Below the pieces are notes generated by a model. It saw nothing but the letters and a program-made list of their open reading frames with translations, searched no databases and had not been told where the DNA came from. Source: a virus (taxonomy: Duplodnaviria; Caudoviricetes). Taken from it: 62,963 nt of DNA. Of this stretch, positions 50,632-56,838 are shown in pieces. The position numbers were made by a program, and so were the translations under genes. Numbering within the stretch: the stretch's first letter is position 1; each line of letters opens with the position of its first letter. Where the stretch lies: the IMG/VR virus record IMGVR_UViG_3300042199_000105, positions 1 to 62,963 of that record; one strand, 5' to 3'.

Positions 50632-50713
50632 GGGGGTGTAACGGTTTTTCGACTAGCTAATGCCCGAATGGGAACTAGCTCGGACAGGGGTTCAACTCCC
50701 CTCACCTCCACCA
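50632..50713 (+). ncRNA. Minimal tmRNA-like RNA (tRNA-like domain only, 82 nt)
   Basis: 5' GGGGGTG-TAACGGTTTTTCGAC; 3' GGAC-AGGGG-TTCAACT-CCCCT-CACCTCC-ACCA; G3-U70 wobble, no D stem, ~30-nt hairpin where the mRNA domain should be. Confidence 0.85.
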
Positions 50714-50719
50714 TACAAC

Positions 50720-50840
50720 CTGCCATAATGGCAGCGCAGCCGCCCGCGCGAGCGCAAGTGCAGTAGTGGCAAAGACTTAGGACGAAAAGATTTTGCCAGA
50801 AAGCCCTTGCATTGTGCCTAGGTTATGGTATAATGAGCGC
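50720..50840 (+). repeat. Promoter-cassette module 6
   Basis: Dyad; TTGCAT...TGGTATAAT; ATG at 50841. Confidence 0.95.
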
Positions 50841-51221
50841 ATGAACAACGACAACAACAACAAGCGTTCGCATCGTACTCTCGAACAGATCAAAGCTGAG
50901 ACGGAGGCCCGACTGGCTTCGCTTCGTGAGCGTCTGGCTCGCAAGGATGCCAAGAATGACCCGACCATGCAGTCGCTCATGGAACAACGCGAGTTCTTGC
51001 AGAAGCAGATCCGCGAGTGCAAGAAGATCCTCGGGGAAGGTCCGCAGTCTGCCAAGGTTCGCGCCCAAAAGCATCAGGCTTGGATCGACCTCATTCGGCA
51101 AGAGGCGACGACTGCTGAGATGGACCTCGAAGTGTTGCAGTCCAATCTTGAGCGATTGGACGAAAACATCCAGAGCAAGATTGCGGCGATGACTATCAAG
51201 GATTCGCAAGCGTCCTGCTAG
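50841..51221 (+). CDS. Coiled-coil early protein
   Basis: MNNDNNNKR...; heptad-rich; leaderless ATG. Confidence 0.8.
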   Translation: MNNDNNNKRSHRTLEQIKAETEARLASLRERLARKDAKNDPTMQSLMEQREFLQKQIRECKKILGEGPQSAKVRAQKHQAWIDLIRQEATTAEMDLEVLQSNLERLDENIQSKIAAMTIKDSQASC

Positions 51222-51291
51222 TGGCGATGGCTCTGGCTATGGCGATGGCGGTAGGAGGGTTCTGGCAGAGTGACCAGACCCTCCTGCCCTC

Positions 51292-51412
51292 CTGCCATAA
51301 TGGCAGCGCAGCCGCCCGCGCGCGCGTAACCCTAGTGCCAGCAAACACTTAGGACGAAAAGATTTTCCCCTTTTCCTATTGCTTTCCCTTGCGGTTATGG
51401 TATAATAAGCGC
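51292..51412 (+). repeat. Promoter-cassette module 7
   Basis: Dyad; TTGCTT-16-TATAAT; ATG at 51413. Confidence 0.95.
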
Positions 51413-51709
51413 ATGAACAACAACAACAACAACAAGATGGTTCCCGTTATCATCACCACGTCACACAGGGGCGTTTTCTTCGGTTACACGAAGGACTACA
51501 GCGGCGACACGATCACGCTCAAGGATGCACGAATGTGCATTTACTGGAGTGCCGACGTCAAGGGCTGCTTTGGTCTCGCAGCGACTGGTCCGTCGAGCGG
51601 ATGCCGTATCGGACCCAAGGCGGATATCGTCGTCCGCAACGTGACCGCAGTCGCGCTGTGCAGCGATGCTGCTGTTGCTGCTTGGGAGAAGGCTCCTTGG
51701 AGCAACTGA
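51413..51709 (+). CDS. Sm/LSm-fold-like protein (DUF6948-like), copy in array
   Basis: VIITTSHRGVFFG...ITLKDAR resembles the Sm1 motif; identical in protein to 57373..57681 from NKMVP onward. Confidence 0.7.
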   Translation: MNNNNNNKMVPVIITTSHRGVFFGYTKDYSGDTITLKDARMCIYWSADVKGCFGLAATGPSSGCRIGPKADIVVRNVTAVALCSDAAVAAWEKAPWSN

Positions 51710-51720
51710 TCCGAGGCGAG

Positions 51721-51963
51721 ATGAGCCGTGAAGGCTATGGCTTTGGCTATGGCTATGGAGATGGCTATGGCTCTGGATATGGCTATGGCGATGGAGATGG
51801 CTATGGCTATGGCTATGGAGATGCCTATGGCTCTGGATATGGCTATGGCGACGGATTTAGCTATGGCTATGGCGGTGGAGATGGCTATGGCGATGGCTAT
51901 GGCCGTGGCTTTGGCGATGGCGATGGCGATGCAGAGCAGGATATAGTATGCAAGAACAACTGA
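51721..51963 (+). CDS. Gly-Tyr/Asp repeat peptide A1
   Basis: MSREGYGFGYG...AEQDIVCKNN; GAGG RBS. Confidence 0.7.
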   Translation: MSREGYGFGYGYGDGYGSGYGYGDGDGYGYGYGDAYGSGYGYGDGFSYGYGGGDGYGDGYGRGFGDGDGDAEQDIVCKNN

Positions 51964-52247
51964 TCCGAGGCGAGATCAGCCGTGAAGGCGCTGACTATGG
52001 CTATGGCGATGGCTATGGCTATGGCTCTGGATATGGCTATGGCGATGGCAATGGCTGTGGCGAAGGCTATGGCGATGGCGACGGATTTAGCTATGGCTAT
52101 GGCGATGGAGATGGCTCTGGCTATGGCCGTGGCTTTGGCTATGGCCGTGGCTCTGGCTATGGCTCTGGCTATGGCTATGGCTATGGCTATGGCGATGGAG
52201 ATGGCTCTGGCTATGGCGAAGATGGTAGAGCGATTATGGCAGAGTGA
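51948..52247 (+). CDS. Gly-Tyr/Asp repeat peptide A2
   Basis: MQEQLIRGEISREG...; AGGA RBS inside the previous ORF. Confidence 0.7.
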   Translation: MQEQLIRGEISREGADYGYGDGYGYGSGYGYGDGNGCGEGYGDGDGFSYGYGDGDGSGYGRGFGYGRGSGYGSGYGYGYGYGDGDGSGYGEDGRAIMAE

Positions 52248-52257
52248 CCAGTCCCTC

Positions 52258-52380
52258 CTGCCATAATGGCAGCGCAGCCGCCCGCGCGTGCGTAACCCTA
52301 GTGCCAGCAAACACTTAGGACGAAAAGATTTTTCCAGAAAGCCCTTGCAGAATGGCCCTCAGCATGGTATAATACCCCGC
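52258..52380 (+). repeat. Promoter-cassette module 8
   Basis: Dyad; TTGCAG-17-TATAAT; ATG at 52381. Confidence 0.95.
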
Positions 52381-52581
52381 ATGAACGAAGATGAATACCT
52401 CGATGCGGCGTGGGAAGATGCGATCTCTGGGTACGACTACGAACAGGAGGCGTACTATGATCGTGACCCCTACGCCGACCGAGCCGACTATGATCTCTGG
52501 GAACAGAATCAGGTCGATCAGGATCGGGAAGGCTACGAGGACTACTACGAAGCCGACGAAGATTCTGAAGATTTCTCTTGA
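52381..52581 (+). CDS. Extremely acidic, Tyr-rich small protein (possible DNA mimic)
   Basis: MNEDEYLDAAWEDAISGYDYEQEAYYD...; 66 aa dominated by D/E/Y. Confidence 0.75.
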   Translation: MNEDEYLDAAWEDAISGYDYEQEAYYDRDPYADRADYDLWEQNQVDQDREGYEDYYEADEDSEDFS

Positions 52582-52612
52582 TTTCCCCTCCAACCTAAGG
52601 TACAATACGCAC
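52578..52612 (+). promoter_or_regulatory. Stand-alone leaderless sigma70-type promoter
   Basis: TTGATT-17-TACAAT-6-ATG; upstream dyads of the module are absent. Confidence 0.75.
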
Positions 52613-52858
52613 ATGAACAACAACAACATCGAACAGCTTTCCCTCAATCCGACTCAAGCCAAGGTTCACGGGCTCTCCGTGCAGGTTGGCGAACTCTTTG
52701 CCGATCTGTACCGCTCGTCTCCGACTGGGCTGGAAACCGAGTACGCTCTCAATGCGTACAAGAATCTGCGCCGCATTCTTCCGCGTGAGCGAGCTTTTGG
52801 GCGTCACATCGGTCGCCGTGCGGCTTGGCACGCTACTCAGGGGAACCGCACTCGGTGA
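52613..52858 (+). CDS. Hypothetical early protein
   Basis: MNNNNIEQ...; leaderless ATG. Confidence 0.75.
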   Translation: MNNNNIEQLSLNPTQAKVHGLSVQVGELFADLYRSSPTGLETEYALNAYKNLRRILPRERAFGRHIGRRAAWHATQGNRTR

Positions 52859-52859
52859 C

Positions 52860-53043
52860 CTTGGACTCGTCCGTGCGAGTATAAATAGGCTAATAGGCAC
52901 GGCGCGCCACCTCTCGCATAAGAGAGGCTGGGATAGCAGCCCCGCAGGGATAGCGGGAACCTCGAAACCTCTAGACGTAGAGGGACCGACAGAGGGTGCA
53001 TATTAGGTAGGTGCAGTCGGGGCACCTACCCCCTAACACTCTG
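52860..53043 (+). ncRNA. Candidate structured noncoding RNA/DNA element
   Basis: Six closely packed hairpins, no convincing ORF, TATAAATA at 52880-52887. Confidence 0.5.
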
Positions 53044-53160
53044 CCATAATGGCAGCGCAGCCGCCCGCGCGGCCCTAAGTCTAGTAATGCCAAGCACTTA
53101 CGGCAAAAGATTTTCCGATTTTCCCCTTGAAACTAGCTCAGGGTGTGGTATAATGCCCGC
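53041..53160 (+). repeat. Promoter-cassette module 9
   Basis: Dyad; TTGAAA-16-TATAAT; ATG at 53161. Confidence 0.95.
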
Positions 53161-53811
53161 ATGACCTACACGACCACTAAGTTCCGCAAGTCGATCAAGT
53201 CTCCCGCTACCGCTAATGTCCTCAAGTCGGGCGACAATAACGCCAAGCTCGGATTCAAGATTGAATCTAAGCGTTGGAATGGCAAGCGTCTCTATTCTCT
53301 CACGCTCACCGAGCGCGATACTTGCCCGCGTGACTGCCATCATTGGGACGATTGCTATGGCAACAATATGCCATTCGCTCACCGATTCAGCATTGACGGA
53401 TTGACCGACAAACTGCGTATTGAGATTCCCGCACTACTCAATAAGCACAAGGCTGGAATCGTTATTCGATTGCACGTTTTGGGTGATTTCTATTCGCCCG
53501 AATACGTTGCATTTTGGGATGAGATGCTCGCTACTTATCCCGAACTGTGCATTTTCGGTTATACTGCTCGCCGTGTTGATTCGGACATTGGCAAGGCAGT
53601 ATACATTATGAATCTGCGATACGGTGATCGTTGCGTTATTCGTTATTCGCGCAATCAATCATTCGAGACTATCGGCCAATCGTTTGCAGCCGAAGAATCG
53701 TTTGATGGTCAATCTTTCACCTGCCCCGAACAGACTGGAAAGCTCGATTCGTGTGCAGATTGTGGATTGTGCTGGACTGTTACTAAGACTGTTCGTTTCC
53801 TCTCACACTAA
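53161..53811 (+). CDS. Phage GP88-like Cys-rich protein (possible Fe-S enzyme)
   Basis: NAKLG, TCPRDCHHWDDCY, IRLHVLGDF, GYT, TCPEQ...CADCGLCW motifs. Confidence 0.65.
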   Translation: MTYTTTKFRKSIKSPATANVLKSGDNNAKLGFKIESKRWNGKRLYSLTLTERDTCPRDCHHWDDCYGNNMPFAHRFSIDGLTDKLRIEIPALLNKHKAGIVIRLHVLGDFYSPEYVAFWDEMLATYPELCIFGYTARRVDSDIGKAVYIMNLRYGDRCVIRYSRNQSFETIGQSFAAEESFDGQSFTCPEQTGKLDSCADCGLCWTVTKTVRFLSH

Positions 53812-53822
53812 GGAATAAACTA

Positions 53823-54011
53823 ATGGAAACCACGTTTTCGATTATGGTTTTGAATGATGGCAGCACCTACTCGTCAGTCGCGGGCTGTCGTATTCTGGTA
53901 TTGACCAAAGAGGCTTTTGATTTGCTCGAAAATGGCGAAGTGGAGATTCATGATTTGGAACACGATTCGCGGAAGTTTGTTCGCCACTTGATCGAGTTTT
54001 CGGGGGATTAG
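53823..54011 (+). CDS. Hypothetical protein
   Basis: 62 aa, AAGGA RBS. Confidence 0.7.
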   Translation: METTFSIMVLNDGSTYSSVAGCRILVLTKEAFDLLENGEVEIHDLEHDSRKFVRHLIEFSGD

Positions 54012-54069
54012 TCCATAATGCAGGAAAGGCTACAGATTCGTAGCTTATCATGCAACATGAATGGGTAGC

Positions 54070-54192
54070 CTGCCATTTTGGCAGTGCCGCCGCCTGCGCG
54101 CATGTAAGTCTAGTAGTGGCAAGCACTTACGGCAACCGTCCAAAAATAAAACTCAGATTTATGCGGAAACTTGGCATGGGCTATGCTACAAT
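54070..54192 (+). repeat. Promoter-cassette module 10 (terminal, divergent)
   Basis: CTGCCATTTTGGCAG; GTAAGT-N15-ACTTAC; ends TTGGCATGGGCTATGCTACAAT; no leaderless gene follows. Confidence 0.85.
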
Positions 54193-54270
54193 GTACCCCT
54201 GTTTCGAGCTTTTCAGAGTAGAAACAAAAAAAGACTCCATGAGCTTTTGGCCCTTGGAGTCTTTTCACCT

Positions 54271-54350
54271 ACACAACATATTGTGGGTGGGTCTGATATT
54301 TATACGGGATTTTCCCTAATCAGATCAGATTCATATACAATATATTGTGG
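54271..54350 (+). promoter_or_regulatory. Two NrdR-box-like palindromes
   Basis: ACACAACATATTGTGG (54271-54286) and ATACAATATATTGTGG (54335-54350) versus consensus acaCwAtATaTwGtg. Confidence 0.55.
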
Positions 54351-54364
54351 TGTAGGTGTGCAAG

Positions 54365-54428
54365 TGAGGATGGCAGGAGTCGAACCCACGAATGCTCCGC
54401 TACGATTTTACGATTGAGCTTCATCCCC
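54365..54428 (-). tRNA. tRNA-like element lacking the anticodon arm (pseudo-tRNA)
   Basis: GGGGATG/CATCCTC acceptor stem, GCTC/GAGC D stem, GTGGG-TTCGACT-CCTGC T arm; only ATTC between D and T arms; no encoded CCA. Confidence 0.6.
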
Positions 54429-54538
54429 ATTCAGTATTATTTAGTCCTCATATCATAGAAGCTCAAAGCAAATTTTAAACTAAATTCTGAACTCTGATTG
54501 TATTTTGTGTATGGCGGTTCTGATTTGGTGTGAGTTAA

Positions 54539-54742
54539 TTTGACTTTTTAGTTTGGGGGTCAAGCTAACAACTAATAACCAGACATATACTTTGACTTTT
54601 TAGTTATATGGTATAGGTATTTTAGGGGTGTATTCTCAATACTTTGACTTTTTGGTTTATTTTACGGGGGGAGGGGGTATTCATGAGAACTAAATACACA
54701 CCCTACGTCCCTACCTTGTTATTACCTTAAGTTTGACTTTTT
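54539..54742 (+). repeat. TTTGACTTTTT repeats, three at 52-bp period
   Basis: Copies at 54539, 54591, 54643 and 54732. Confidence 0.85.
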
Positions 54743-55219
54743 GGACCTGTATTTTAACCTATCTGATATCTGTTTTCCTAGTGCAATAGACTGTTCAACA
54801 TTAGATACAGTAACTACAAACTCATCCTGAACAACAGCACCTCTCCTATAAGTTTTAAGTGCTGATACATTCTTCTTAGATGTGAATCCTATTAGATAAG
54901 GTATATTATTATCATACAGAAGCTGGCATAGTGCTTCTAGTAATTTAATACCTATGCCTAGTCCTCTATACTGTTTTTCTGATACTATATCACATAGCAT
55001 AGCTTTCTTGGGTAAGTATTTATTGCCCGTTATGATTCCTACTACTTTATCGTTATGTTGCGCGATAATTACCCACTCATAGAATCCTAAATCCGTATTT
55101 TCGTGATCTCTTAAGTTTTCTCTCAAAAGAGTCTTAGCCTGTTGCACTATATTGTTCAACAGGCTATTTTTTATATCTTCCTTGGTTAAAAGGCGTGTGG
55201 TTATTTCTTCGTACTTCAT
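54722..55219 (-). CDS. GNAT-family acetyltransferase
   Basis: QYRGLGIGIKLL acetyl-CoA motif and NVSALKTY; start reassigned to ATG 55219. Confidence 0.8.
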   Translation of the reverse strand: MKYEEITTRLLTKEDIKNSLLNNIVQQAKTLLRENLRDHENTDLGFYEWVIIAQHNDKVVGIITGNKYLPKKAMLCDIVSEKQYRGLGIGIKLLEALCQLLYDNNIPYLIGFTSKKNVSALKTYRRGAVVQDEFVVTVSNVEQSIALGKQISDRLKYRSKKSNLR

Positions 55220-55338
55220 ACCATAGCCAGAACTATAGCTATAAGCATATAGATTGCCACTACACCAAGCACAGCGATAAGGCATCCGAAGTTATCTTCG
55301 GGCTTATCTTCATCCTCGTAATCAGAAGGGCAACTCAT
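55216..55338 (-). CDS. 40-aa membrane peptide (absent from ORF track)
   Basis: MSCPSDYEDEDKPEDNFGCLIAVLGVVAIYMLIAIVLAMV*; ATGA overlap with the GNAT gene. Confidence 0.55.
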   Translation of the reverse strand: MSCPSDYEDEDKPEDNFGCLIAVLGVVAIYMLIAIVLAMV

Positions 55339-55564
55339 TATTAGTATCCTCTTGGGATTGTTCTTCTACTTGAGTAAGTATAAACTGAAGACTATCTATT
55401 ACGTCAATAGTCTTTATTGCTCTCTCTGCTAACTGGATATTGAATCCTCCATTATACCAATCTTCCTTGGTAGTCTTGGTAGAGGTTTCTGCCAGTAGTG
55501 CTCTTGCGAACTCCTTGGCTTGCTGCAAATAATCTTTACCTTCTTTGTACGATCTCTTGTGCAT
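55322..55564 (-). CDS. Hypothetical protein
   Basis: 80 aa ending ELPF (SSB-tail-like). Confidence 0.6.
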   Translation of the reverse strand: MHKRSYKEGKDYLQQAKEFARALLAETSTKTTKEDWYNGGFNIQLAERAIKTIDVIDSLQFILTQVEEQSQEDTNNELPF

Positions 55565-55684
55565 AATTATTAGTTTGACTTTCTGGTTATTAGTACCCTT
55601 CCATTATAGCCTTCTTTGCGGCTGCCATGACGTTATTCCACTTTCTAACAGCGTCTGTGTAGTAAGGAGGCTAGTTGCCTCAAA

Positions 55685-55888
55685 TTAGTTGCTCTTGCAT
55701 ACTATATCCTCTTTTCCATAGCCATAGCCATAGCAATAGCCATAGCCATAGCCAGAGCCAGAGCCATCGCCATAGCCATAGCCATAGCCGTCGCCATAGC
55801 CATAGCCATAGCCATAGCCATCGCCATAGCCATAGCCATATCCAGAGCCATAGCGGCTCATTTCACCTCGGATCAGTTGCTCTTGCAT
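55685..55888 (-). CDS. Gly-Tyr repeat peptide B7
   Basis: MQEQLIRGEMSRYG...KEDIVCKSN. Confidence 0.7.
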   Translation of the reverse strand: MQEQLIRGEMSRYGSGYGYGYGDGYGYGYGYGDGYGYGYGDGSGSGYGYGYCYGYGYGKEDIVCKSN

Positions 55889-56184
55889 ACTATATCCTCT
55901 TCTCCATAGCCATAGCAATAGCCGTAGCCAGAGCCATCTCCATCGCCATCTCCATCGCCATCTCCATCGCCATAGCCATCTCCGTCGCCATAGCCATATC
56001 CAGAGCCATAGCCATCTCCATAGCCACAGCCAAAGCCATAGCCATCTCCGTCGCCATAGCCATATCCAGAGCCATCGCCATCTCCATAGCCACAGCCAAA
56101 GCCAAAGCCATAGCCATCGCCATAGCCATAGCCACAGCCACAGCCGTCGCGGATCATTTCGCCACGAATTAGTTGCTCTTGCAT
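55873..56184 (-). CDS. Gly-Tyr repeat peptide B6
   Basis: MQEQLIRGEMIRDG...EEDIVCKSN. Confidence 0.7.
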   Translation of the reverse strand: MQEQLIRGEMIRDGCGCGYGYGDGYGFGFGCGYGDGDGSGYGYGDGDGYGFGCGYGDGYGSGYGYGDGDGYGDGDGDGDGDGDGSGYGYCYGYGEEDIVCKSN

Positions 56185-56261
56185 ACTATATCCTCTTCTC
56201 CATCGCCATAGCCATCGCCATAGCCCTCACCATTTTTAGTCATTTTACCTCGAATGAGCAT
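56169..56261 (-). CDS. Short Gly-Tyr peptide B5
   Basis: MLIRGKMTKNGEGYGDGYGDGEEDIVCKSN; degenerate junction. Confidence 0.55.
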   Translation of the reverse strand: MLIRGKMTKNGEGYGDGYGDGEEDIVCKSN

Positions 56262-56554
56262 ATATCCTCTTTTCCATAGCCAGAGCCAAAGCCACGGCCA
56301 TAGCCAGAGCCACGGCCATAGCCAGAGCCATAGCCAGAGCCACAGCCGTAGCCGTGACCATAGCCATAGCCATCGCCATAGCCAGAGCCAGAGCCGTAGC
56401 CTTCGCCAAAACCAAAGCCATAGCAATAGCCATAGCCATCGCCAGAGCCATAGCCATCTCCATCGCCATAGCCATAGCCATAGCCGTCGCCATAGCCATA
56501 GCCATAGCCATAGCCGTCGCGGATCATTTCGCCACGAATTAGTTGCTCTTGCAT
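56240..56554 (-). CDS. Gly-Tyr repeat peptide B4
   Basis: MQEQLIRGEMIRDG...KEDICSFEVK. Confidence 0.7.
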   Translation of the reverse strand: MQEQLIRGEMIRDGYGYGYGYGDGYGYGYGDGDGYGSGDGYGYCYGFGFGEGYGSGSGYGDGYGYGHGYGCGSGYGSGYGRGSGYGRGFGSGYGKEDICSFEVK

Positions 56555-56838
56555 ACTATATCCTTCTCTGCATCGACATCGCCATCGCCAAAGCCACGGC
56601 CATCGCCATAGCCACGGCCATAGCCAGAGCCAGAGCCATAGCCACAGCCGTAGCCGTGGTCATAGACAGAGCCATAGCCATCGCCATAGCCATAGCCATA
56701 GCCATAGCAATAGCCATAGCCAGAGCCAGAGCCATAGCCATCTCCATCGCCATAGCCATAGCCAAAGCCAGAGCCATCGCCATAGCCATATCCGTCGCCT
56801 TTGCGACTCATTTTGCCACGGATCAGTTGCTCTTGCAT
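56539..56838 (-). CDS. Gly-Tyr repeat peptide B3
   Basis: MQEQLIRGKMSRKG...EKDIVCKSN. Confidence 0.7.
   Translation of the reverse strand: MQEQLIRGKMSRKGDGYGYGDGSGFGYGYGDGDGYGSGSGYGYCYGYGYGYGDGYGSVYDHGYGCGYGSGSGYGRGYGDGRGFGDGDVDAEKDIVCKSN

Noticed and set aside
50681-50713. attP fragment duplicating a host tmRNA 3' end
   Set aside because: The matching 5' acceptor strand and D-loop are also present and pair correctly; no integrase nearby
52990-53075. Twister ribozyme (GAGGG...TAACAC)
   Set aside because: The conserved loop needed for the pseudoknots is missing; segments pair as a simple long hairpin
48028-53075. Sigma54 promoter inside every module (TGGCAG...GC, GG-N10-GC)
   Set aside because: The -12 element is CCGC rather than TTGC and the spacing fails in module 1
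47625-54192. CRISPR array
   Set aside because: Repeats are ~121 bp with 0.3-0.9 kb gene-bearing intervals; no cas genes (the PD-(D/E)XK nuclease is a common stand-alone phage enzyme)
47625-54192. Classical integron with attC sites
   Set aside because: No IntI in the window, no RYYYAAC...GTTRRRY ends, and each unit has its own promoter
47100-54200. Chimeric assembly explaining the GC-rich block
   Set aside because: The duplicated Sm-like locus and the same leaderless promoter style occur outside the block; still worth confirming with reads
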